From an uncultured Actinomycetes bacterium (GTDB lineage Bacteria > Actinomycetota > Thermoleophilia > Gaiellales > Gaiellaceae): DNA of 64,000 nucleotides. The stretch is from assembly GCA_963790845.1 (NCBI GenBank), contig CAWBQC010000007.1, forward strand, positions 46,893 to 110,892, read 5' to 3'. Numbering within the stretch: position 1 is the stretch's first letter; each line of letters begins with the position of its first letter. A model generated the notes under the pieces. That model ran no database searches. It saw only the letters and a list, made by a program, of their open reading frames with translations, and was not told the DNA's origin. A program made the translations under genes and the position numbers. Below are positions 42,225 to 51,998 of the stretch, piece after piece.

Positions 42225-43907
42225 TTACTTCATGCAGAACTGAGCGGGATCGTCCTGGCTGTCCGTGAACACGTCGCAAGCGACGTTCATCTGCGACGAG
42301 AAGAACGACGTCAGGATGCCGTTCAGATACGGCACCGTGGCTGCGTTGTCGCTATAGGCCTTGTCGATCTTCGCCCATGCCGCGTTCGTGCTCGCCGAGA
42401 GAGCCTGGCTCGGCGGGAGCGAATCGAGGCGGTCGATCTCCTTGTTGAGCGACTTGAGATTGACGTTGCCGTAGTTGTTGTTGTGAACCGGCTTGATGTG
42501 CTCGCCGTTCAGCAGGATGTTGAACCAGTCCGACGGGTACGGGTAGTCCTCGAACCAGTCGGTGAAGCCGATCTGCGCCTTCGTCGACTGGTTGCCGACG
42601 ATCGTGAAGTAGTTGGCGCCGGCGATCGGCTTGAGCGTCGCCTTCCAGCCGATCTTGTTCAGCTGCGACTGGAGGTACTCGCCCGTCGAGAGGTCGACCG
42701 CCACATCGGAGATCGTGTAGATGGTGACCTTCTGGCCGGCGGTCCCCGATTGCTGGACGAGCTGCTTCGCCTTCTGCAGGTCGTACGGATAGGGCGTCGG
42801 GGTGATCTTCTTGTACTGCGGATAGCTCGGCGGCAGGAAGTTCCACGTCGGCACTCCGAGGCCGCCGCGGAGGTTGACGAGCTGCTGCCGGTCGATCGCG
42901 TAGTTCACGGCCTGCCGCGCCTGCAGGTTGTTGAACGGCGCGAGCTGCTGGTTCATGAAGAAGTAGTACGTCGACGGCGTCGTGAAGAACTTGATCTGGT
43001 CCGGGTACTTCTTCTTGTAGAACGCGAGCCGGTCGACGGGCAGAACGTTCTCGTCGTACATGGCCTGCCCCGACGCGACGAGCTGCGCCGACTGCGACTG
43101 GTCGTCCGTCATCGTCCCCTGGATCGTGTCCGGGTTCCCGTTCGGAACGGCCTGAATCTCGTTCTTCTTCCAGTACGGATTCCGCTTGACCGTGAACGAC
43201 TTGCTCGGGTTGTAGCTCGTGATGTAGTACGGCCCGGCCGCTGCCGGCGGCGGGCTCTCGGTGTCCTTCTGGGGCGTCGAGGCCGGCACCATCGCCGTGA
43301 ACGGAATCGAGAGGACGTACAGGAAGTCGGACTCCGGCGTCTTCAGCTTGATCTCGACCGTCCCGGCCTGGTCGTCCGTGACGATGCCCGAGATATCCGA
43401 GCACTTCGTCGGGTTCCCTTCGCAGGCGTCGACACCGACGATGTTCGAGAAGAAGCCGATGCCGGGCGAGTTCAGCTTGAAGTCGCGAATGATCGTCGCC
43501 TTGAAGTCACTCGCCTTCACCGGCTCGCCGTTCGAATACTTGATCCCCTTGCGCAGCGTGAACTTGAAGTCCTTGCCGCCGTCGGTCACCGTGCCCGTCG
43601 TCGTCGCCAGGCCGGGCTCGATCTTCGTGCAGTTGTCGGTCTGACAGCTCACGTGAGCCTTGACCACCAGGCCGAGATAGACATCCTGGAACAGCTGCCA
43701 CGACTCGAGGCGGTACGAGAGACCCGGATCGAAGTAGTCCGTAGTCCCCCAGGCGACCTTCAGCGTGGGGAAGGTCTTCCCGGCCGGGGCAGAGGTCGTG
43801 TTGTTCGACCCACCAGTGCTGCCACCACCGCAGGCGCTCACCACCAATGCGAGCCCCGCCGCGACAACCGCCGCGATCGCGACGGGTATTCCTCGCTTAC
43901 TTCTCAC
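42225..43907 (-). CDS. ABC transporter substrate-binding lipoprotein, family 5 (peptide/nickel type), operon A
   Basis: Intact 560 aa. Lipoprotein signal MRSKRGIPVAIAAVVAAGLALVVSACGG, SD AGGAGG upstream. ...DPGLSYRLESWQLFQDVYLGLV...YSNGEPVKASDFKATIIRDF...RQAVNYAIDR.... Confidence 0.85.
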   Translation of the reverse strand: MRSKRGIPVAIAAVVAAGLALVVSACGGGSTGGSNNTTSAPAGKTFPTLKVAWGTTDYFDPGLSYRLESWQLFQDVYLGLVVKAHVSCQTDNCTKIEPGLATTTGTVTDGGKDFKFTLRKGIKYSNGEPVKASDFKATIIRDFKLNSPGIGFFSNIVGVDACEGNPTKCSDISGIVTDDQAGTVEIKLKTPESDFLYVLSIPFTAMVPASTPQKDTESPPPAAAGPYYITSYNPSKSFTVKRNPYWKKNEIQAVPNGNPDTIQGTMTDDQSQSAQLVASGQAMYDENVLPVDRLAFYKKKYPDQIKFFTTPSTYYFFMNQQLAPFNNLQARQAVNYAIDRQQLVNLRGGLGVPTWNFLPPSYPQYKKITPTPYPYDLQKAKQLVQQSGTAGQKVTIYTISDVAVDLSTGEYLQSQLNKIGWKATLKPIAGANYFTIVGNQSTKAQIGFTDWFEDYPYPSDWFNILLNGEHIKPVHNNNYGNVNLKSLNKEIDRLDSLPPSQALSASTNAAWAKIDKAYSDNAATVPYLNGILTSFFSSQMNVACDVFTDSQDDPAQFCMK

Positions 43908-44021
43908 TTCTTCACACCTCCTGGGTAGCGAGCACGAACTGTCTTGGGCCGCGTGGCCCTGCGCTCCTGGCCCGGCTACCCGGGGCGTTGTCCTTAGTAA
44001 TCCGGGGCTAAACGATCCGAA

Positions 44022-45701
44022 CTATTTCTTCACGCAGATGCTCGCGTAGTCGAACTCGTACAAGACGTTGTTGACGTAACAGCCGAGATCGACGCGCCCG
44101 CTGAAGAAGTCCGTCTCCTCCTGGTTGAGGAAGGGCGCCCACGGCGCGAGCCGCATCACCTTCTTGTCGAGCGCTGCCCAGCCACTGTCGACATTCGCTG
44201 TCAGCTTCGGCTGCCGCGTGAGGGCCTCGATTGCGCGATTCACCCAGCCGACGTCGAAGTTCGCGTAGTTCGAATTGTGCGTCGGCGCGATCCTGTGCCC
44301 GTCGAGGAGGCCGAACCAGTCGAGCGGATGCGGATAGTCCTGCACGAAGTCGGCGAACCCGATCTGCGCTCTCGTCTTCTCGTCACCGATCGTCGTCCAG
44401 TAGCTGCCGGCTGTCACCACCTTCTCGGTCGCATCGAAGCCGATCCGGTTCAGCACCGAGACGAGGTACTCCGTGTACGGGCGATCCGCGGGGACGTCGT
44501 GGTTCCAGACGAAGACCCGCTTCCCGCTGTAACCGGACTCGCGGACGAGCCGGGTCGCCTTGCGCAGGTCGTGCCGGTAGAGGTTGTGTGAGCGGAACGC
44601 GGCGTACGGCGGCGGGAGGATGTTCTCGGTGGTGTGCGCGAGGCCGCCGGCGAGGTGCTTGAGCCAGCGCCGCGAGATCGCGTAGTTCACCGCTTGCCGC
44701 ACCTTGAGGCTGTTGAACGGCGGCACGCGCGTGTTCATGAAGAAGTACATGAGGTTCGGTGGCATCAAGGTCCGCAACCGCTCCTCGTACTTCTGCTCGA
44801 TGTCCGGCAGCCGCTTGCTCGGGATCTGGTAGTAGCCCATCCAGTCGTCCTTGCCCTGGAGCACACGGCGCAAGGCGATTGTGGCCGTGGGAACGACGTC
44901 CCACGTGACGCGGTCGGGGTTGCCGGCGGGGACGTTTCCCTGGAACAGCGATGCGTCGAAGTGTGGGTTGCGCTCCTCGACGATCCGCGCCCTGGGCCGG
45001 TAGCTCGTGATCTTGTACGGCCCCGTGGAGGGAAGCGGGTCGAGCGAGGCGTCCGCCGGCGACGAGCTCGCCGGCACCGGCGCAGCGAACTCCGACGCGA
45101 GGACGTTCGCGAAATCCGCCTGTGGCGCGCCGAGGTGGATGAGGATCGTCCGCGTCGGGTCGTCCACCACGATGCCGCGGATCCGACCCTTCTGCCGTTT
45201 CGCGAACGCCTTCGCGCCGACGATGTTCCGAAAGAGCCCGGCGCCCGCCGAATCGAGCCGGAAATCGCGCTCGATCGTCGCCTTGAAGTCGCTCGCCTTG
45301 ACCGGGCTGCCGTTGGAGTAGTACAGCCCTTTGCGCAAAGTGAGCCGGTACGTCCGCTTGTCTCGCGAGATCTGCGGCAGGGACGTCGCGAGGTAGGGCA
45401 CGAGCTTCGCTCCGGACCTCCCGTTCGCGTGGCGATAGCCGAGGAGGGGGAGGTAGACGTTCCACATCACACCCCAGCCCTCGGTCGTGTCCGAGAGACC
45501 GGGATCGAGGTAGTCGAGCGACTCGTCCATCGCGATCCGGAAGTCCGGGAATCGGTGAGCGGGAGCGGTCGCGGGATTCGGCGCGACGGCAGTCGTGATC
45601 GTCGGGTTCGTGTGGCTCTGGATGGTCGTCGGCGTATGCCCCGAGCTCCCGCAACCGGCGCCGAGCGCTCCGAGCAGGAACGCCGCCGCGCCGAGCCGCA
45701 C
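44022..45701 (-). CDS. orphan ABC substrate-binding lipoprotein, family 5
   Basis: Part of track ORF 44022..45848. The proposed start is the GTG at 45701 (VRLGAAAFLLGALGAGCGSS, lipobox). ...DPGLSDTTEGWGVMWNVYLPLLGY...YSNGSPVKASDFKATIERDF...RQAVNYAISR.... No permease or ATPase genes are adjacent. Confidence 0.8.
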   Translation of the reverse strand: MRLGAAAFLLGALGAGCGSSGHTPTTIQSHTNPTITTAVAPNPATAPAHRFPDFRIAMDESLDYLDPGLSDTTEGWGVMWNVYLPLLGYRHANGRSGAKLVPYLATSLPQISRDKRTYRLTLRKGLYYSNGSPVKASDFKATIERDFRLDSAGAGLFRNIVGAKAFAKRQKGRIRGIVVDDPTRTILIHLGAPQADFANVLASEFAAPVPASSSPADASLDPLPSTGPYKITSYRPRARIVEERNPHFDASLFQGNVPAGNPDRVTWDVVPTATIALRRVLQGKDDWMGYYQIPSKRLPDIEQKYEERLRTLMPPNLMYFFMNTRVPPFNSLKVRQAVNYAISRRWLKHLAGGLAHTTENILPPPYAAFRSHNLYRHDLRKATRLVRESGYSGKRVFVWNHDVPADRPYTEYLVSVLNRIGFDATEKVVTAGSYWTTIGDEKTRAQIGFADFVQDYPHPLDWFGLLDGHRIAPTHNSNYANFDVGWVNRAIEALTRQPKLTANVDSGWAALDKKVMRLAPWAPFLNQEETDFFSGRVDLGCYVNNVLYEFDYASICVKK

Positions 45702-45988
45702 CAGCGCGCGGCGTCGGCGGCCCAGGTCTGCGGGCTCCTCCTCCTCGACCACCCGGTTGACTCCATCCCGCCCGGTCGCGTGCAGGATGCGGCCTCCGCC
45801 GACCCAGAAGGCGATGTGGTCGGCGTCTTCCGGGGTGCCGTAGGTCACGAGGTCGCCTGGGCGCAGTTCCGCCTCGGACAGCTTCTCGGCGGCAGAGCCT
45901 GCGTGACCTGCTCGGCGTCGTCTGCAGGATCGACTCGAAGCGGCGCGAGCTGGCGTGCGAACGTATGTTCGCTTAGGCTCTCAGCCAT
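45702..45988 (-). pseudogene. C-terminal remnant of an NlpC/P60 (C40) peptidase, read through in frame into the lipoprotein gene
   Basis: MAESLSEHTFARQLAPLRVDPADDAEQV... then, after one frame change, AEKLSEAELRPGDLVTYGTPEDADHIAFWVGGGRILHATGRDGVNRVV (C40 His-containing C-terminal half). No Cys-containing N-terminal half and no stop codon before the lipoprotein signal. Confidence 0.45.
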
Positions 45989-47645
45989 GCAGCTCAGGCT
46001 AGACGCGGCCGATCGGCTCGTGGAGCTCGTGGAGGAGCAACGCGGACCGGTGTTGGCGGAGGAAGCGGCGAGGTGCCTCTTCGCTCTCCGGCAGGCGCCG
46101 GTCGCCCTCGCGCGCTCGCTGCTGGCAGACGTCGTCGAGACCGACGCCCGGCTCACGTGGAACGGAGATGCGGTCGCCCTCACGGAGCCACCCGGCGCGA
46201 CGCTCCTGCTCGAGGAGGCGTCGTACGTCGTCGTCGACCTCGAGACCACGGGACTCAGGCCGGGGCAGTCCGGGATCTGCGAGATCGGCGCCGTTCGCCT
46301 GCGCGGCTTCGAAGTGGACGCCGAGTTCCAGACGCTGGTCGATCCCGGGCTTCCCATCGCCGCCGGGGTGACCGCATTGACCGGGCTCCGGAGCGAGCAG
46401 CTCCGTGGGGCGCCGGGGCCGGCCGACGCGGTGCGGAGCTTCCTCGCCTTCGCGGGTGACGCCGTCCTCGTCGCGCACAACGCGCGCTTCGACCTCGCGT
46501 TCCTCGACCGGGAGACCGAGCGGCTGACCGGTTCTCGGATCGGCTCGGCCGTCCTCGACACCGTGCGCCTCGCGCGCACGCTTCTCGCCGGCCGCGTCGC
46601 GGGGTTCGGCCTCGCGCAGCTCGCGTGGTTTCTGGACACGGCGGAACGACCGTGTCACCGCGCGTTGCCGGATGCGCGGGCGACCTCCGAGCTGCTGCTC
46701 ACGCTGATCGGCCTGGCGCAGGAGCGCGGCGCCCGCACCGTCGCGGATCTCGCGGCGCTCTCGGCGACGAGGACGCGACGGTTGCTCGACAAGCGCCACC
46801 TCGCCTACGGCGCGCCGACTCGTCCCGGCGTCTACCTCTTCCTCGGCCGCAACGGCCAGACCCTCTACGTGGGCCGAGCGCGCGACCTTCGGGCGCGCCT
46901 GCGCTCGTACTTCCGCAGCGACCGGCAGCGGCCGGCGGTCGAGGCGGCACTCGCCGCAGCGGAACGAATCGAATGGCGGGTGACGGGATCCGAGCTGGAG
47001 GCAGCGCTCGAGGAGCTTCGTCTGATCCGAGAGCTCCGGCCGCCGGGCAACGCTCGCGTTTCCCGACCAGAGCGACACGTGTGGCTGCGGCAGCGCGGCG
47101 AGGAGGTCGTCGCCTCGACCCGGCCCTCGCCAGTGGGCCCGCTGCGGTCGCGCCGCACGGCGCAGCTCGCCGCTCGGGTGCTCGCCCCGGACGAGCTCGC
47201 CGAGCCCGAGTCGGCGCTTCCACGGCTGCGGCGTCGCCTGCAAGAGCTGGCCGAGGCACGACGATTCGAGGACGCAGGCAGGCTCCGCGACCGCGTCGCC
47301 GCGCTCGAGCGGGTCTGCCGCGAGCTGAAGCGGCTTGAGCGGGTACGGCAGCTGGAGCGCTGCGTGCTCGTCCCGGCCGGCGATGCCGGCTACGTGCGCG
47401 CGTTCTTCGTCGCCGGTGGGCGGGTGGCGGCGGAACGGACGCTGCCTCCCGGCGGCGGCGCTGCGCTCGAAGTCGAGGCCGGCCTCGCGGCGGCACACCG
47501 CCCGGGAGAGCTCGACCTGGACGAGCTCATGCTCGTGGACTCGTTCTTGCGCCGACCGCCGCCGGAGTTGCGCATCGCGCCGCTCCAGCGCGAGGCGATC
47601 CTGCGTGCGGCCGCGTTGCTCTACCCGCTCGCCGCGGAGTCGTAG
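45987..47645 (+). CDS. DEDDh 3'-5' exonuclease (DnaQ-like) fused to GIY-YIG nuclease and UVR domain (Cho/UvrC-like)
   Basis: Intact 552 aa (tail of track ORF 44634..47645, ATG at 45987). VVVDLETTGL, LVAHNARFDLAFL, HRALPDARAT (DEDDh); GVYLFLGRNGQTLYVGRARDLRARLRSYF (GIY-YIG); LQELAEARRFEDAGRLRDRVAALE (UVR). Confidence 0.8.
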   Translation: MQLRLDAADRLVELVEEQRGPVLAEEAARCLFALRQAPVALARSLLADVVETDARLTWNGDAVALTEPPGATLLLEEASYVVVDLETTGLRPGQSGICEIGAVRLRGFEVDAEFQTLVDPGLPIAAGVTALTGLRSEQLRGAPGPADAVRSFLAFAGDAVLVAHNARFDLAFLDRETERLTGSRIGSAVLDTVRLARTLLAGRVAGFGLAQLAWFLDTAERPCHRALPDARATSELLLTLIGLAQERGARTVADLAALSATRTRRLLDKRHLAYGAPTRPGVYLFLGRNGQTLYVGRARDLRARLRSYFRSDRQRPAVEAALAAAERIEWRVTGSELEAALEELRLIRELRPPGNARVSRPERHVWLRQRGEEVVASTRPSPVGPLRSRRTAQLAARVLAPDELAEPESALPRLRRRLQELAEARRFEDAGRLRDRVAALERVCRELKRLERVRQLERCVLVPAGDAGYVRAFFVAGGRVAAERTLPPGGGAALEVEAGLAAAHRPGELDLDELMLVDSFLRRPPPELRIAPLQREAILRAAALLYPLAAES

Positions 47646-48940
47646 AGATGGCAGGCGACGTCGACGTCGCCGACCGGCTCGAGTAGCGGTTCTTCCGGCA
47701 GATGGAAGTCGATTGCCACGTGTGAACCGCTCGCCTCGAGACGCTTGACGCCCTTCCAGAACGGCTCCTGCGGATCCTCTGCGCGGATGCGATCGAGCAG
47801 ATCGACGATCTCCTGCGGCTTGCGTCCACGCGCGGCAGGAAGCCGAACCTCGGGGGACGGCTTGTCGAGCACGTCGAGATCGCCGATGACGGCCTGTTCC
47901 TCCTCCACGCGCGGCTCGCCCGCGAGACGCGCCCAGCGAAACTCGAGAAGGTCGCGAAGGTCGCGCGATTCCCAGCCGCACGGCTCGAAGGCGCGAGGAC
48001 AGCGCGGGTGGAACGGGCAGCCGAGCGGCGGCGACGCCGCGTCGGGGACCTCGCCCCGCGGCAGGTCTCGCGGCACGGCCCGCGTCGGATCCGGCTCCGG
48101 GATCGCGCGTAGCAACGCCTGCGTATACGGATGCTTGGGATCGGCGTAGATCGCGTCCGCCGGCCCGATCTCGACGATCCGCCCCAGGTACATGATCGCG
48201 ATCCGGTCGCAGAAGAACTTCGCCGTCGCGAGGTCGTGCGTGATGTAGAGGTACGTGAGGTCGAAGTCGTGCTTGAGCGCGAGCATCAGCTCGAGGATCT
48301 TCGCGCGGACGCTCATGTCGAGCATCGAGACGGGCTCGTCCGCGACGAGCAGCACCGGGTTGAGGATGATCGCGCGCGCGATCACGGCCCGCTGCTTCTG
48401 CCCGCCGGAGAGGTCGCCCGGGTACTTGTCGAGGAACTGCTCTGCGGGCGCGAGCCCGACGCGCTCGAGCACGTCGGCCACCCGGGCCCGCAACTGGGTC
48501 GCGATCGTGTTCGAGCCCGTGGATCTGGAGCGGATGGCCGACCGCCTGGGCGATCGTCATCGCCGGGTTGAGCGAGGCGTGCGGATCCTGGAAGACGACC
48601 TGCATCCGCCGCCGCAGCTCGCGGAACTTCCGCTCCGGCAGGCCCGTGATCTCGCGTCCCTCGAACTCGACGCTGCCTCCGGTGGCCCGAACGAGCCCGA
48701 GCAGCGTCCGGCCGAGCGTCGTCTTGCCGCTGCCCGACTCGCCGACGAGCCCGAGGACTTCGCCGCGCCGGATGTCGAGCGACACGCCGTCGACCGCCGT
48801 ACGACCCCTGCTTCGCGGCCGACCAGCCGGTCGGCGAAGTTGCCGCGGATCGAGTAGTACGTCTCGAGGTTGCGGATCGAGACGAGCGGCGCTTCGTCCG
48901 CGCGCGTCTCAGGCGGCGGCGCGGCGGCCTCAGGCCTCAT
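47621..48940 (-). pseudogene. Opp/Dpp-type ABC ATP-binding protein (OppF-like), operon B, with a ~90-aa insertion in the C-terminal 4-Cys motif; two frameshifts
   Basis: N-part: PLVSIRNLETYYSIRG (ORF 48557..48940). [16 protein letters not shown]...VVFQDPHASLNP (ORF 45999..48785). LSGGQKQRAVIARAI, LLVADEPVSMLD, HPYTQALL, GCPFHPRCPRAFEPC...(108 aa)...VACHLY (ORF 47621..48493). Confidence 0.8.
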
Positions 48941-49958
48941 CCGCGACTCCGATCGCCTCGCGCTCGAGCGGTTGCTCTCCGTCCGCCGGAATCAGTCGCT
49001 CCGGCCCGTGCAGCCAGCATTGCACCCGCCGCCCGCCGTCGAGGCGCTGCTCGACCGGCAGCAGCTGGGCACACACGCGCATCGCATCGGGGCAGCGCGG
49101 ATGGAAGCGGCAGCCCGGCGGCGGATCGATCAGGTTCGGCGGCGCGCCCGGGATCGAGTGGAGCTCCGTCGTCTCGAGCGAGATCGTCGAACGGAGCAGC
49201 TCGCGCGTGTACGGATGTGCCGGGTCGGCGAAGACCTCTCGCACGGGCCCCTCCTCGACGATCTTGCCGGCATACATGACGGCCATGCGGTCGCACGCCT
49301 CGGCGACGATGCCGAGGTTGTGCGTGATGAGGAGAAGCGCCGTGCCGAAGTTCCGCTTCAGGTCGGCGAGGAGCGCGAGGATCTGCCCCTCGACGATCAC
49401 GTCGAGCGACGTCGTCGGCTCGTCGGCGACGAGGAGCTTCGGCCTCAGCACGAGCGCGAGCGCGATCATGATCCGCTGCCGCATCCCGCCCGAGAACTCG
49501 TGCGGATACTGGTGGAACCGCGTCGGCGGGATGCCCATCCGGCCGAGCGTCTCGAGCGAGCGACGACGGATCTCATCGTCGGAGAGGTTCGGCTCGTGCT
49601 GCTTCAGCGTCTCGCGAAAGTGATCCGAGATCCGCAGCAGCGGGTTGAGCCGCGTCATCGGCTCCTGGAACACGAGCCCCAGGTCCGGGCCGCGCAACCT
49701 GCGCAGCTCCTTCGGCGAGAGCGTGACGAGGTTCCGGCCGCCGTAGAGCACCTCACCGTCGGCGCGCGCGCCTTCGGGTAGGAGCCCGAGGATGCCGCGG
49801 CCGAGGGTCGACTTCCCGCAACCCGACTCGCCGACGAGCCCGACGACCTCGCTCTCGCCGATGTCGAGCGTGACGCCGTCGACCGCGCGCACGGGCTTGC
49901 CGGGCGTCCCGTAGTAGACGCGAAGGTCGCGCGCCTGGAGGACCGGTTCGCCGCTCAC
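48930..49958 (-). CDS. Opp/Dpp-type ABC ATP-binding protein (OppD-like), operon B
   Basis: Track ORF 48930..50123. The real start is the GTG at 49958 (GTGA overlap with the permease stop): VSGEPVLQARDLRVYY...[12 protein letters not shown]...[15 protein letters not shown]...LVADEPTTSLD...[15 protein letters not shown]...QCWLH. Confidence 0.85.
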   Translation of the reverse strand: MSGEPVLQARDLRVYYGTPGKPVRAVDGVTLDIGESEVVGLVGESGCGKSTLGRGILGLLPEGARADGEVLYGGRNLVTLSPKELRRLRGPDLGLVFQEPMTRLNPLLRISDHFRETLKQHEPNLSDDEIRRRSLETLGRMGIPPTRFHQYPHEFSGGMRQRIMIALALVLRPKLLVADEPTTSLDVIVEGQILALLADLKRNFGTALLLITHNLGIVAEACDRMAVMYAGKIVEEGPVREVFADPAHPYTRELLRSTISLETTELHSIPGAPPNLIDPPPGCRFHPRCPDAMRVCAQLLPVEQRLDGGRRVQCWLHGPERLIPADGEQPLEREAIGVADEA

Positions 49959-50957
49959 TGGTCGAGCAGAGCCTCCTCCCTCGGCTCGCGCTCGTCGAAC
50001 TCGAAGCGACCGAAACGACGCCGCCTCAGTACGGGATTGAGCGTCTCGTTCAGGCCCTCGCCGAGCAGGGTCAGGCCCGTCACGAGCAGGACGATCGCGA
50101 GGCCGGGGAAGAGACCCGTCCACCAGATGCCGGAGGAGGCGTCAGAGACGGCGCGCGAGACGTCGTAGCCCCACTCCGCGCCCTGCGACGGCTGGATCCC
50201 GTAGCCGAGGAAGCCGAGCGAGGCAAGCAGGAGGATCGCGTCGGCGGCGTTGAGCGTCGCGATCGGCGGCACGTTCTGGACGACGTTGAAGAAGACGTAC
50301 TTGCGGATCACGGTGCGGGGCCGCGCGCCGAGCGCGCGCGCAGCGTCCACGTACGGCTCCTCCCGGACGCTGATCACGTGGTTGCGGACGACGCGGAAGT
50401 ACAAGGGGACGTAGGCAGCGGTGATCGCGATCGCCGCCGTGAGGATTCCCCCGCCGATGCTCGAGGTGGCGAGCACGAACGCGATCACGATCGCGATCAG
50501 CAGATAGGGGAAGGCGAAGAGCGCGTCCATGAGCAAGACCAGGGCGCGGTCGAGGATCCCGCCGAAGTAGCCGGAGATGAGGCCGAGCGGCACTCCGACG
50601 CTGAGCGACATCGCGAGCGCGATCGCGACGACCTCGAGCTCCGTCTGGGCGCCGTAGACCACGCGCGCCATGACGTCGCTCGACTGCACCGTCGTTCCCA
50701 TCCAGTGCGCTGCCGAGGGATGCCCGAGCTGCGGGAAACGGTGGCCTCCCGACGCGTACTGCGTGAAGTTGTAGCGCGAGAGGAGCGGCGCGAAGACGGC
50801 GAGCACGATGAAGAAGACCGTGATGCCGACTCCGGTCCAGAACATGGCACGCGGCTATGCCGCTCGCCTCGCGAATCGGCTTCGTCGCGCGCCCGAGCGC
50901 AATCAGCTTCGCGCGGCCGTGCGGCGTGAGGGGAGCGGGCGCAGACGTCGAGCCCAC
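49955..50957 (-). pseudogene. Opp/Dpp-type ABC permease (OppC-like), operon B, one frameshift near 50848
   Basis: From the GTG at 50957: VGSTSAPAPLTPHGRAKLIALGRATKPIREASGIAA, then ORF 49955..50845: MFWTGVGITVFFIVLAVFAPLL...GTTVQSSDVMARVVYGAQ...EEPYVDAARALGA...FLGYGIQPSQGAEWG.... Confidence 0.8.
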
Positions 50958-50959
50958 GG

Positions 50960-51982
50960 CTAGTACCGGATCCTCGGGTCGACGTATGCGTTGATGAAGT
51001 CGACGATCACGCTCACCGCGACGACGACGAGCGCAAAGACGACGATGATTCCCTGCACGCCCGCGTAATCGCGGTTCTCGAGGTACAGGACGAGCTCGTG
51101 GCCGATGCCCGGCCAGTTGAACGTCGTCTCCGTGAGGACGGCGCCGCCGAGCAGCAGTGCGAGGTTGAGGCCGACGACCGTGATCACGGGGACGAGCGCG
51201 TTCTTGAAGGCGTGGCTGAAGACGACGCGCCGCTCCGCGATGCCGCGGGCGCGGGCCGCCTCGATGTAGTCGTCGCGCATCGTCCTGATGACGTTGACGC
51301 GGACCAGACGGACGAACACCCCCGCCGTGATGAGGCCGAGCGTCGTCGCAGGGAGGATCAGATGCTTGGTCACGTCCCAGAGCGCTCCCCAGTTCCCGTC
51401 CCAGATCGCGTCGACGAAAAAGATGTTCGTATGGGTCGTGAGGAGCGCCTGGGTGAGCGGACTCGCCTGGTCGGAGGTCGGAAGCCAGCCGAGCCAGACC
51501 CCGAAGACGAGCTGCGCGAGCAGACCGAGGAAGAAGGGCGGCGTCGCGTACACGACGATCCCGAACATCCGCCCCCCGACGTCCAGCCACGTGTCGCGAT
51601 AGCGCCCGGCGACGAGGCCGATCACCACGCCGACGACGATCGCGATGAGCATCGCGAAGAACGTCAGCTCAAGAGTGGCTGCGCCGTTCTGCTTGATGAT
51701 CTGCGAGAGCGGCCGATTGTCGGTGATCGTCGTGCCGAAGTTGCCCCGAAGGATGTCCCAGAGGTAGTCGCCGTACTGGGTGAGGAGCGGCTTGTCGAAG
51801 CCGAGCCGATGCTCGATCGGCTTGACGACGCTCTCCGGTACGTGTCCGCCGAGCGCGGCCTGGATCGGGTTCCCAGGCGCGACGCGCATCAGCAGGAAGA
51901 CGAGCGTCAGGAGGATGAGCACCATTGGCACCACGAGCGCGAGGCGCGTGATGAGGTACGTCCTGAGCGAGGTGCCGGTCAC
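50960..51982 (-). CDS. Opp/Dpp-type ABC permease (OppB-like), operon B
   Basis: Intact 340 aa. YLITRLALVVPMVLILLTLVFLLMRVAPGNP...DDYIEAARARGI...GGAVLTETTFNWPGIG...FINAYVDPRIRY*. Confidence 0.85.
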   Translation of the reverse strand: MTGTSLRTYLITRLALVVPMVLILLTLVFLLMRVAPGNPIQAALGGHVPESVVKPIEHRLGFDKPLLTQYGDYLWDILRGNFGTTITDNRPLSQIIKQNGAATLELTFFAMLIAIVVGVVIGLVAGRYRDTWLDVGGRMFGIVVYATPPFFLGLLAQLVFGVWLGWLPTSDQASPLTQALLTTHTNIFFVDAIWDGNWGALWDVTKHLILPATTLGLITAGVFVRLVRVNVIRTMRDDYIEAARARGIAERRVVFSHAFKNALVPVITVVGLNLALLLGGAVLTETTFNWPGIGHELVLYLENRDYAGVQGIIVVFALVVVAVSVIVDFINAYVDPRIRY

Positions 51983-51998
51983 GGGCGATTCAGCTTAA

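Noticed and set aside
42225-43907. Lower GC of the three binding-protein genes as a sign of horizontal transfer
   Set aside because: The lower GC follows from amino-acid composition: the extracellular proteins are rich in Lys, Asn, Tyr, Phe and Thr. Third positions still look G/C-biased and the flanking permease and ATPase genes are typical. I would not call these islands without computed GC3.
45999-48785. 928-aa minus-strand ORF spanning the nuclease gene and the OppF-like gene
   Set aside because: Only its first ~95 aa (the Walker-A part of the OppF-like ATPase) are real. The remainder is Arg-rich antisense of the DEDDh-GIY-YIG gene.
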